This document shows positions 30,666 to 39,144 of a stretch of 64,000 nt of DNA, one piece after another (position 1 is the stretch's first letter; each line of letters opens with the position of its first letter). The notes under the pieces are model-generated. The model ran no database searches and was not told the origin of the DNA. It saw only the letters and a program-made list of their open reading frames with translations. This stretch comes from an uncultured Candidatus Saccharibacteria bacterium (lineage in GTDB: Bacteria > Patescibacteriota > Minisyncoccia > Phycocordibacterales > DAORIS01): positions 67,712-131,711 of the forward strand of contig CAZXUH010000001.1 in NCBI GenBank assembly GCA_964644035.1, in the 5' to 3' direction. The position numbers and the translations under genes are program-made.

Positions 30666-32855
30666 TTATTCAATAGAAGGCCAGCGTTCAACCATAAGAT
30701 ATGGCCGGCCGAGAGTTTTTACGCTTTCTGGCATCATGCTCCAGATTTCTTCAGTAACAAAAGGCATAAAAGGGTGAAGGAGTTTGAGATTGGTTGAAAG
30801 AATATGAAGAAGCGTCTGTTGACGAGATTCTTTGGCTATAGCATCGGATCCAGAAACCAGAGGTTTGCTTTCTTCGATAATAATGTCGGCAAAATTGCGC
30901 CAGATATACTGATATATTTTTTCTCCAGCCATGTGATATCGATATGCTTCACAATCGGCAGTAATTTCTTTGATAGTCTCGTCTAGTTGTGCAACAAGAT
31001 TTTTATCAACATCGGTTGTTATCTTTTTTGCATCAAAAGCAACGTTTTCAACACTCGAAAGTACGAAGCGAGTGATATTCCACAACTTATTGGCGAAGTT
31101 TTTATAACCCTTTATTTTATTTTCATCTATTTTGCTATCGGTGCCTGGAGCGGTGCCTACAATAAGCGCCATGCGTCCAGCATCAGCGCCAAATTTGTCT
31201 GCGATGACAAGGGGATCGATACCATTGCCAAGAGATTTTGAGAATTTCTGACCTTTACTATCTCTCACCAAGCCATGTAGATACACGAGTTTAAACGGCA
31301 CTTCATTGACGAAGTATTCTGTCATGAGGATCATACGGGCAACCCAGAAGAATAGAATGTCATGACCGGTTTCAAGGATGCTTGTAGGGTGAAAATCCTT
31401 GAAATGTTCTTTTATCATTTCTTTTTCATCGGGCCAGCCAAGGGTGCTCATAGTCCAAAGTCCTGAAGAGAACCATGTATCAAGCGTATCTTCATCTTGA
31501 ATCCAGCCATCGCCCTTTGGAGCTTCTACATCGGCATGTATTCCTTCTCCTTTATACCAGACAGGGATTCTGTGCCCGTACCAAATCTGACGTGAAATAC
31601 ACCAGTCGCGCAAATTGTCGATCCAATGGAAATATGTTTTTGAAAAATAGTCGGGAATAATACCGATCTTGCCGCTTTCGACAGCACTGCGCATTATTTC
31701 CTTGAGTGTTTTATTGTCTCGGGCAGGAATAGGTTTATTTACATTGATAAACCACTGGAGTTTGGGTAATGGTTCGATAATTCCACCTGTTCTCTCAGCA
31801 GTAGAAACATTTTGCTTAATATCTTCTTCTTTTATCAAAAGATTTTCTGATTTGAGCCATTCGACAATCACTTCTCTAGCTTCTGTCGTTTTTTTATTTA
31901 AAATACGCTCATCACCAACAGTCATTTTTGCAAATTCATTGATGACTTGCTTTACAGGAAGCTTGTGGCGCTCAGCCATATCCCAGTCAATCATGCTGTG
32001 TGCAGGTGTAACTCCAAGTGCTCCAGTACCAAATTCTTTTTCAACGTTTATATCCGCAATGATTTTGATATGTATAGGTACACCGCAAAAATTAGCATCG
32101 TATTCTTTTCCTACATATTGCGCATAGCGTTCGTCTTCGGGATGAACTGCCACAGCCGTATCGCCAACTTTTGTCTCCGGGCGGGTAGTAGAAATAGCGA
32201 TAGGGAAGTCCTTTGAATATTTGAAGGTATAGAGCTTGGCTTGGCGCTCTTCATATACGATTTCATCATCGGAAATAGTAGTTTGACCTTTTGGATCCCA
32301 ATTAATAATACGATTGCCACGATAAATGAGACCATCGTCGTACATTTTCTTAAAGGCTGTGCGAACAGCAAAACTTCTTTTTTCATCGAGTGTAAATGCT
32401 TCTCGACTCCAGTCCACTGATACACCAGTGCGTTTCATTTGTTCGACAATAGTGTCATGACTGTCTGCGGCAAATTTTTCTACTCGTTTGAGAAATTCTT
32501 CCCGGCCAAGCTGAAAGCGGTTTTTACCTTCTGACTTCGAAAGATCTTTTTCGACGCGAGATTGTGTAGCGATAGCTGCATGATCGGTGCCTGGTATCCA
32601 GAGTGTGCGTTTGCCAAGCATTCTATTGAAACGAACCATCATGTCTTCTATGGAAAGCATAAATGCATGACCCATGTGCAGGTTGCCGGTGACGTTGGGT
32701 GGGGGAAGGACTATGGAAAATACAGGAGCGTCGGCTTTGGTAATACCTTTTTTGATCGCTACATCAGGATTGAAGAGTTCTGACTTTTCCCATTCCTTGT
32801 ATATGCGCTGTTCTGTACTGGCCGGGTCGTAGGGCTTGAGGAGCTTGTCGTTCAT
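30666..32855 (-). CDS. valS: Valine-tRNA ligase (short, no C-terminal coiled coil)
   Basis: PPPNVTGNLHMGH, DWCISRQIWYGH, DTWFSS, KFSKS. Confidence 0.97.
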   Translation of the reverse strand: MNDKLLKPYDPASTEQRIYKEWEKSELFNPDVAIKKGITKADAPVFSIVLPPPNVTGNLHMGHAFMLSIEDMMVRFNRMLGKRTLWIPGTDHAAIATQSRVEKDLSKSEGKNRFQLGREEFLKRVEKFAADSHDTIVEQMKRTGVSVDWSREAFTLDEKRSFAVRTAFKKMYDDGLIYRGNRIINWDPKGQTTISDDEIVYEERQAKLYTFKYSKDFPIAISTTRPETKVGDTAVAVHPEDERYAQYVGKEYDANFCGVPIHIKIIADINVEKEFGTGALGVTPAHSMIDWDMAERHKLPVKQVINEFAKMTVGDERILNKKTTEAREVIVEWLKSENLLIKEEDIKQNVSTAERTGGIIEPLPKLQWFINVNKPIPARDNKTLKEIMRSAVESGKIGIIPDYFSKTYFHWIDNLRDWCISRQIWYGHRIPVWYKGEGIHADVEAPKGDGWIQDEDTLDTWFSSGLWTMSTLGWPDEKEMIKEHFKDFHPTSILETGHDILFFWVARMILMTEYFVNEVPFKLVYLHGLVRDSKGQKFSKSLGNGIDPLVIADKFGADAGRMALIVGTAPGTDSKIDENKIKGYKNFANKLWNITRFVLSSVENVAFDAKKITTDVDKNLVAQLDETIKEITADCEAYRYHMAGEKIYQYIWRNFADIIIEESKPLVSGSDAIAKESRQQTLLHILSTNLKLLHPFMPFVTEEIWSMMPESVKTLGRPYLMVERWPSIE

Positions 32856-32895
32856 GATCTGAATATAGCAAAATTAGGCTTAAATTAAAATCGGA

Positions 32896-34068
32896 TTAAA
32901 AACTAAGGTTACCCTGTGCAACAAATGCATTGTCGCTTGAATGACAATTGTGAAGATATGAAATATATCCAGCCATGGCAATCATAATGGCATTGTCGGT
33001 TGCAAGGGTCTTATCGGGAATATGCAGGTGCATTTTATTGCCATTGTCGTCTTGATTTTTCTTGGCAAGATCAGTGAAGGCGGCACGGATGTGATTGTTG
33101 GCAATAACACCGCCGCCGATGATGAGACTCTGAGCATGGTACATCTCAATAGCCTTTTGTGTTTTGGAAACTATCACTTCTGTAGCAGCATCTTCAAATT
33201 CTCTAGCCAAATCGCATTTGTCTTCGTGGCTAAGATCTTTATTGTCTCTAATTTTGTAGAGGACAGCAGTCTTAAGTCCTGAAAAAGAAAAATCGAGATC
33301 ATGAGAATGAATCATAGGACGAGGCAATTCAAATTTCTTTGGGTATTTATTGGTACGAGCTTCGTGAGCGAGTTTGGATATTTCTGGACCACCAGGATAG
33401 GGCAGACCAAGTATTCGTGCAGCTTTGTCGAAGGCTTCACCTATAGCATCGTCGCGAGTTTTGCCGACAATTTCATACTTTCCCCATGATTTGACCACTA
33501 CGAGTTCGGTATGGCCGCCGCTTATAAGTAGAGCCAGAGCAGGGAATGCAATCTCCTTCTTCGAAGGGTGCATGAGAGGTGAAATAATATGTCCTTCCAT
33601 GTGATTGGTAGGAATGACTGGAATATCCCACATAGCACCAAGTGCTTTTGCAAAATTGACTCCAACCCACAGTGCTGGTTCAAGTCCTGGGCCGTAGGTC
33701 ACGGCGATTGCATCGATATTTGGTTTTTCTATAGAAGGAATGTATTCAAGAAAATCTTTTAGTAAATCATGTTCACGTGAAAGAAGGTCTGAAATATTTT
33801 TTTCTGATTCAGCACTTTTTACTTCTTTAGAAATAGCTTTTTCAAAATCAGCTTCAACAAAAAGTTTTTTTAATAAAGGCACAAGTTTTTTAGCATGCTC
33901 CCTTTTTGCAATTGCGGGAAAGACGCCACCGTATTCACGATGTATGTCGATTTGCGAGAACAGTGTTGAGTGTATGAGCTCAAAATGAGGCCCTGCAAGG
34001 CCTCCAGATGCTCTCACAAGCGACAATGCTGTTTCATCACAACTTGTCTCTATGCCGAGGATATTCAT
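32896..34068 (-). CDS. tsaD: t6A37 threonylcarbamoyltransferase TsaD
   Basis: ILGIETSCDET, NHMEGH, SGGHT, DDAIGEAFDK, SFSGLKT, TDNA. Confidence 0.97.
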   Translation of the reverse strand: MNILGIETSCDETALSLVRASGGLAGPHFELIHSTLFSQIDIHREYGGVFPAIAKREHAKKLVPLLKKLFVEADFEKAISKEVKSAESEKNISDLLSREHDLLKDFLEYIPSIEKPNIDAIAVTYGPGLEPALWVGVNFAKALGAMWDIPVIPTNHMEGHIISPLMHPSKKEIAFPALALLISGGHTELVVVKSWGKYEIVGKTRDDAIGEAFDKAARILGLPYPGGPEISKLAHEARTNKYPKKFELPRPMIHSHDLDFSFSGLKTAVLYKIRDNKDLSHEDKCDLAREFEDAATEVIVSKTQKAIEMYHAQSLIIGGGVIANNHIRAAFTDLAKKNQDDNGNKMHLHIPDKTLATDNAIMIAMAGYISYLHNCHSSDNAFVAQGNLSF

Positions 34069-34107
34069 GCGTGTACAGCCTATACTGTTTTGCTTCAAAA
34101 ATAAAGC

Positions 34108-34140
34108 AATAAAAAGCCCCGCTCAGTGTGCTGAGCGGGG
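34108..34140 (-). terminator. Intrinsic terminator closing the attenuated unit
   Basis: CCCCGCTCAGCACACTGAGCGGGG-CTTTTTATT on minus strand. Confidence 0.85.
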
Positions 34141-34310
34141 GTGGGGAAACCCGTGTAACCCCGGAGGTATTGGCGAAGCGCCGAAGCTGGGCAAGGCCGG
34201 CGGCGTGCCAACGGGGTCAGTATAAAGTAAAGGACGTGTTTTGCAAAGCTTGGGCGGCGCGCGCAATACAGAATATCTTGCAACATTCCGTGCAGTTGCG
34301 CGCGCCGCTA
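34141..34310 (-). ncRNA. Candidate structured RNA / long 3' UTR
   Basis: 13-bp perfect stem 34254-34266/34296-34308 and nested GC stems 34158-34217. Confidence 0.5.
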
Positions 34311-34319
34311 TGTTTCGTA

Positions 34320-34811
34320 TCAGCCGAGCGAGTACTCTCTTCTTTCTGACCTTTCCAACTTCGTGGTTGCCTTTTTCTGATTTGCGTCGTGCTTCCACTG
34401 TAGCCGTCTTTTATCGCGAGTAGCGTAATCAGGCTCGAGGCCGAAGGCAGTGAAGCTTTTTCGGCCAGTCTTTGGATCGGTCCACTCTTGAAGTCCACGG
34501 CGCATCATGGCCATGAGCTCGTTGATGAATCTTTGCAGATAACGCCCTTCGCCCAACTTATTGGTTACGGTCAGCGCGTAGAGCCCCTCGCCGCAATACT
34601 CATAGCGCATTGAGAACGTGCCGCTACTAAGCGTGCCGGTGCGAATACAAATACCAACCGACGGATTACATTCTATCCGTAGGTGCTCATGAATCTTGGG
34701 ATCTTTGTTGATCCTTCCTTCTATAATGCGTTCTTGCACTGCTGCAAGTACTTTCATTGCATTCAGATCCTTGGTCTGAGCGCCAATGACACGATGAAAC
34801 TGGGTGGACAT
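34320..34811 (-). CDS. Hypothetical 163-aa protein under attenuator control
   Basis: SD GGAGG 6 nt upstream of ATG; basic C-terminus. Confidence 0.75.
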   Translation of the reverse strand: MSTQFHRVIGAQTKDLNAMKVLAAVQERIIEGRINKDPKIHEHLRIECNPSVGICIRTGTLSSGTFSMRYEYCGEGLYALTVTNKLGEGRYLQRFINELMAMMRRGLQEWTDPKTGRKSFTAFGLEPDYATRDKRRLQWKHDANQKKATTKLERSERREYSLG

Positions 34812-34862
34812 AGCCAACCTCCATGTAAAAAGAACTGTTCTATCCAAAAGACACATATCTTC

Positions 34863-35050
34863 TGGGTCTTAGGCATCTCGCGCATATGAAATGCCCAAGA
34901 CCCAAAACAAAACACCCTACGATCGCTCGCAGGGTGTTTTGAATGAGTCTACTTAAACTATATTCATACACACTGCGAGCAATCGACACAAAACACCTTC
35001 GAGAGAAGGGTTGATCGAATGGCTGTCCATGTGTATGAATGGAAATTCAT
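34863..35050 (-). promoter_or_regulatory. Leader-peptide transcription attenuator
   Basis: uORF plus alternative helices 35030-35040:34962-34972, 34962-34985:34920-34944, terminator 34909-34940; extra hairpin 34863-34904. Confidence 0.8.
34964..35050 (-). CDS. 28-aa leader peptide MNFHSYTWTAIRSTLLSKVFCVDCSQCV
   Basis: ATG 8 nt after -10 TACTAT, -35 TTGCGC with 17-nt spacer; overlaps attenuator segments. Confidence 0.7.
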   Translation of the reverse strand: MNFHSYTWTAIRSTLLSKVFCVDCSQCV

Positions 35051-35106
35051 ATTTCGCTATAGTAATGAATAAATCAGGAAAGCGCAAGAGGTGATGGGGA
35101 AAAGTG

Positions 35107-35179
35107 TGCGCGGTGAGGGATTCGAACCCCCGGCATCAACAACGTCAATGTTGCGCTCTACCAGCTGAGCTAACCGCGC
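35107..35179 (-). tRNA. tRNA-Val(GAC)
   Basis: GCGCGGT...ACCGCGCA, CAACA-TTGACGT-TGTTG. Confidence 0.95.
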
Positions 35180-35245
35180 GTATAGTCTGAAAAGACTTAT
35201 CGCAATCTATCAGAAAAATAGTAGTTTTTCAAATAAATTTTTTAA

Positions 35246-35330
35246 ATAAAAAGACCCTGACAGGGGCGTCGGGTTAGAACCACACTGTCAGGGTTGTGCG
35301 CGACGCCACGGTTTTGAGTCGTCTGCACAG
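35246..35330 (-). ncRNA. Candidate small structured RNA ending in terminator
   Basis: Two hairpins; second ACCCTGACAG/CTGTCAGGGT followed by U-tract. Confidence 0.4.
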
Positions 35331-35366
35331 GCGTATATTCTCAAATCGCGAAGCAAAGTCAAGCTG

Positions 35367-35453
35367 CGGAAGAGGTGGGATTTGAACCCACGAGAAGCTT
35401 TCGCCCCTGCCAGTTTTCGAAACTGGTGCATTCGACCACTCTGCCACTCTTCC
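35367..35453 (-). tRNA. tRNA-Ser(CGA)
   Basis: GGAAGAG...CTCTTCCG, CCAGT-TTCGAAA-ACTGG, long variable arm. Confidence 0.95.
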
Positions 35454-35456
35454 ATT

Positions 35457-35486
35457 GGTTCGCCGAAGGCTTCGGCGAAGGCGACC
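35457..35486. repeat. REP-like palindrome in tRNA-Ser leader
   Basis: TTCGCCGAAG-G-CTTCGGCGAA plus GGCGACC tail. Confidence 0.55.
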
Positions 35487-35587
35487 ATGTAAATCCGACA
35501 TAAATCCTATCTAACGCCCTAAAGCCTAGCATTTTTTGCCATTTTCTCAAAAAATGTTAATATCTTTTCACACATCTTGTGTTGTAA

Positions 35588-35665
35588 GGCCCTATCGTCT
35601 AGCCTGGTCCAGGACGCGAGCTTTTCAAGCTTAAAACCCGGGTTCGAATCCCGGTAGGGTCACCA
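35588..35665 (+). tRNA. tRNA-Glu(TTC)
   Basis: GGCCCTA...TAGGGTCACCA, loop TTTTCAA. Confidence 0.93.
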
Positions 35666-35704
35666 ATTTTTTTCTGCTTCTTTCATATTTGCTATAATCT
35701 ATAG

Positions 35705-36106
35705 ATGAAACAAAGCACCGCTTTTGGGATTTCCTTCGCCTTAATTATTATCTCTGGGTTTTTGTATTTCTGTCCGTCTTTTAATAAATCTGAGCCACAA
35801 GTGGTTCCGCAAGTAAATTTTGAATTGCCACGCAGTCAGACTATTGTCGGATATTGGGAATGTTTGCCACACAAAAATACTGGTGGTCCGCAGACACTGG
35901 AATGCGCATTTGGTCTTGCAGTAGATCAGAGCGATGGACACTATGCGATCGATACGGCTCTTATGTCGATGTATCCAGTCGACTATCCAGTAGGAACTAA
36001 GGTAAGGGTGACAGGCATTGTCACTCCAGCCAATCAGCTGAGCAGTATTCAGAAATATGATATCGATGGCATCATTAGAGCGACCGTGATAGAAAAAGTA
36101 CAATAA
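35705..36106 (+). CDS. Hypothetical exported protein (possibly OB-fold-like)
   Basis: N-terminal TM; CLPHK...TLECAFG motif. Confidence 0.7.
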   Translation: MKQSTAFGISFALIIISGFLYFCPSFNKSEPQVVPQVNFELPRSQTIVGYWECLPHKNTGGPQTLECAFGLAVDQSDGHYAIDTALMSMYPVDYPVGTKVRVTGIVTPANQLSSIQKYDIDGIIRATVIEKVQ

Positions 36107-36471
36107 TGAAGTCAAAAACCATAGCTGAATATATAGAACAAGCACCCAAAGAAGCTCAGAAGAAGCTTCGTGAAATGCAGAAAACTATTCGCTCAGCTGC
36201 GCCAGGAGCAATCGAAGGGATGAAGTGGAGCATGCCAGCTTTTTCATACAAAAGAATATTGGTGACATTTGCGGCATTTAAGCATCATATTGGCTTTTAT
36301 CCCACACCTTCAGCGCTCAAAGCTTTTAAGAAACAGCTCGCAAAATACAAAACTGCTCCCGGTTCGATTCAATTCCCAATAGATAAACCCCTTCCGTTGA
36401 CGCTCATTAAGAAAATAACTGCATTTCGGGTCAAAGAAAGTCTTCAAGAAGATAAAAAGTGGAAGACATAA
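36106..36471 (+). CDS. DUF1801 (YdhG-like) protein
   Basis: WSMPAF, FAAFKHHIGFYP, GSIQFPIDKPLP. Confidence 0.9.
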   Translation: MKSKTIAEYIEQAPKEAQKKLREMQKTIRSAAPGAIEGMKWSMPAFSYKRILVTFAAFKHHIGFYPTPSALKAFKKQLAKYKTAPGSIQFPIDKPLPLTLIKKITAFRVKESLQEDKKWKT

Positions 36472-36497
36472 GAGGATTCAGGTAAGATAAAAGACTG

Positions 36498-37520
36498 ATG
36501 GCAAAAGAAAGACACATAGAAAATAAAACCCTCGTCAATATCATTGTTGGTGTGTTGTTGCTTGGCATAGGTCTTGGGCTTGGATATCTCATTTTTAATA
36601 CCAAATCCTCAGATACAGCTGTCCCAGGAGCAATACGCGAGAATTCTAGTGATTATAAATTCATCAACCCACTCCTTCTCTCTTTGCGTGGAGAATATGA
36701 GGAGTATGAGGGTTTTGCTCCTTTGAAGAAAAGTATTGATGAACAGATTAAGGACTTTGTTGCCACAAAAAAAGCGACTGAAGTATCAGTCTATTTCCGT
36801 GATCTCGACCTCGGCCAATGGACAGGGGTCAATTACAATGAACCATATGCTCCTGGAAGCATGCTCAAGGTGGCAGTGCTCATGGCTTATTTGCAGCTAT
36901 CGGAGCTCAATCCAAGTATTTTGTCCGGTACGATCACCGTGGCGCCTTCAAGTATCAATCTCGATAACAATCAGTATTTCAAACCCGAACATCCCATCCA
37001 ACCAGGACGCACATATACAAAAATCGAACTTCTCAGAGCCATGATTGTCGATTCGGACAACAATGCAACCAATTTACTCGCCCAAGAATTGGGGGAGGAC
37101 AAAATCAACTATATTTATTCAGCATTGCAATTGCCGATTGAAAATAGTCTTGGTATCGACTATATGTCGCCAAAACTGTACTCTCGTCTTTATCGCACGC
37201 TGTATAACTCTTCATTCCTTTCTCAACGCGAATCAGAACAAGTATTGCAGATACTCAGTCAGGCCAATTTTAAACAAGGTTTGGTTGCGGGTGTACCTGC
37301 AGACATAGAAGTAGCGCATAAATTTGGTGAACTTGGCTTTCTTGATGATGTGGGTAAACTAACAGATCTTGAATTGCACGATTGCGGCATTATTTATTAT
37401 CCAAGACATCCTTATTTCCTTTGTGTAATGACCAAAGGTAGTGATTATCCAACACTTGGTAATGTAATCGCAGCTATCTCAAAAACTGTTTGGGAGGCGC
37501 ACGATAAACTCTATAGGTAG
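36498..37520 (+). CDS. Membrane-anchored class A beta-lactamase-fold serine hydrolase
   Basis: SMLK, SDN, HKFG motifs; N-terminal TM. Confidence 0.85.
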   Translation: MAKERHIENKTLVNIIVGVLLLGIGLGLGYLIFNTKSSDTAVPGAIRENSSDYKFINPLLLSLRGEYEEYEGFAPLKKSIDEQIKDFVATKKATEVSVYFRDLDLGQWTGVNYNEPYAPGSMLKVAVLMAYLQLSELNPSILSGTITVAPSSINLDNNQYFKPEHPIQPGRTYTKIELLRAMIVDSDNNATNLLAQELGEDKINYIYSALQLPIENSLGIDYMSPKLYSRLYRTLYNSSFLSQRESEQVLQILSQANFKQGLVAGVPADIEVAHKFGELGFLDDVGKLTDLELHDCGIIYYPRHPYFLCVMTKGSDYPTLGNVIAAISKTVWEAHDKLYR

Positions 37521-37522
37521 TT

Positions 37523-38452
37523 TTATTTCTTAGTGTGTACGTATTGATAGATATCTTCGAGAGCTTTGATAGCATCGCCGACTGAAATATTGTTTTGATG
37601 ATAGAGACCATCGGTAGAATCACCAGCTGCCCATATACCGTCGAGCGAAGTTCTTTGGTTTTTAGGATTTACTATGATTTGATTGTATTTATCGAGATCT
37701 ACCACATCTTTTGCAAAATTGGTATTTGGAATAGAGCCAATTTCTACGAATATGCCTTTGACGGGCAATTCTGTTGTCTGACCAGTTGTTCGGTCTTTAT
37801 ACACGATTCCATTTACAAATTTTTCTCCTTTAACTTCTACTATCTCAGCATTCCTTACCGCTTTCATATTTGGTCGTGAAAGGACTTTTTCTACAGTAAT
37901 AGCATCGGCTTTTTCAAAATCATTGCCACGATGAATAAGGGTTACGCTTTTGCAATAAGCAAGAAGCTGAGCCGCACTTTCAAATGCTGCATTGCCAGCG
38001 CCTATCACCGCTACATCCATATCTGAGAAAAGTGGACCATCGCACGATGCACAGTAAGTAAGGCCTTTATTATCAAATTCTACTGCACCTGGAGCTTCGA
38101 GCTTTCTTCGAGAGCTGCCTGTCGCTATGAGCACTGTGCGGGCTTCAAAGCTGTCTTTATTGGTCTTTATAGAAAATCCATCGGCAATTTTGTCTATTTT
38201 TTCTACCCAATGATTCTCGACAACGTCGACGACATCATTGCGGTAATAAAGTAGATGGGCTTTGAGATCGTCGCAGAGTTTTTGGCCGCTTATCGATATC
38301 GTACCAATCCAGTTTTGAATATTGTCTGAAACAACGCTCTGACCATTGAAGTCTTTGGTAATAAAAACAGTCTTGAGCTTCTTGCGAGCAGCATAGACAC
38401 CAGCTCCGACGCCGGCTGGCCCGCCGCCAATGATTGCGAGATCGTATTTCAT
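37523..38452 (-). CDS. trxB: Thioredoxin-disulfide reductase (TrxB/AhpF-like)
   Basis: GGGPAG, CASCD, GAGNAA, AAGD. Confidence 0.9.
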   Translation of the reverse strand: MKYDLAIIGGGPAGVGAGVYAARKKLKTVFITKDFNGQSVVSDNIQNWIGTISISGQKLCDDLKAHLLYYRNDVVDVVENHWVEKIDKIADGFSIKTNKDSFEARTVLIATGSSRRKLEAPGAVEFDNKGLTYCASCDGPLFSDMDVAVIGAGNAAFESAAQLLAYCKSVTLIHRGNDFEKADAITVEKVLSRPNMKAVRNAEIVEVKGEKFVNGIVYKDRTTGQTTELPVKGIFVEIGSIPNTNFAKDVVDLDKYNQIIVNPKNQRTSLDGIWAAGDSTDGLYHQNNISVGDAIKALEDIYQYVHTKK

Positions 38453-38555
38453 AGGGAATATATTATAGCAAATGAATAGCCGCCGATACATTGACAGTCT
38501 GTGTTTTGGAGGTAAAGTAATCTAAAAGTTCAATCTATACTCGAAAGGAGTCACT

Positions 38556-39122
38556 ATGGCCGGAGTGAGGATAACTATCAGTGGTCTGGCAGGTACGGGC
38601 AAGGGCGTTGTTAGTGAGGGCTTAGCAGAACATTTCAATTGTGCTTTGGTCTCGGCAGGTACGTATTATCGCGGTTTGGCAAAAGAGCTTGGTATGAGTC
38701 TTGGAGCATTCGACGAGTTGTGCCTTAAAGATCCTACGTATGACAAGATGGTCGACGATCGCACTCGTAAAGCAGCCCTCGATCATGATTCGTTTGTGCT
38801 CGAAGGCAGACTGGTCAATTTTCTTGTTCCAGATGCGATTAGTCTGCTTCTTGTTACAGATTACAAACAGACTCGTTACGAACGGATCTCCAAGCGTGAA
38901 AAAATCCCATACTGTCTAGCGGTCCGACAGACCATGATGAGGGAAAACAGTATGGAAATACGCGCAAAAAGAGATCATGGCAAGTCCATTGAGGAGTTGT
39001 ATAATCACGACAACTTCACCAATGGTATGTATACCAATCGTATATCGCTCGAAGAAATGGTGCCGATGGCTGTTCAGCTCGTTGTGAATTGCTTGACTGC
39101 CTCCGAATCAAAATCCCCCTGA
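38556..39122 (+). CDS. Archaeal-type cytidylate kinase-like P-loop protein
   Basis: ITISGLAGTGK, SAG..YRGLA, VLEGRL, RISKRE. Confidence 0.8.
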   Translation: MAGVRITISGLAGTGKGVVSEGLAEHFNCALVSAGTYYRGLAKELGMSLGAFDELCLKDPTYDKMVDDRTRKAALDHDSFVLEGRLVNFLVPDAISLLLVTDYKQTRYERISKREKIPYCLAVRQTMMRENSMEIRAKRDHGKSIEELYNHDNFTNGMYTNRISLEEMVPMAVQLVVNCLTASESKSP

Positions 39123-39144
39123 CTTGAGGTCTGGGGGATTTTTT

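Noticed and set aside
19855-32855. Missing rimM in rpsP-khpA-trmD and C-terminally short ValRS as pseudogenisation
   Set aside because: Frames and catalytic motifs are intact; consistent with ordinary streamlining
34141-34310. SRP RNA, 6S RNA or tmRNA identity for the structured region
   Set aside because: No SRP helix-8 motif, no single long 6S-like rod, no tRNA-like ends or tag ORF recognised
36498-37520. Functional beta-lactam resistance gene
   Set aside because: KTG replaced by KFG, no clear omega-loop ExxLN, membrane-anchored; only the fold is supported
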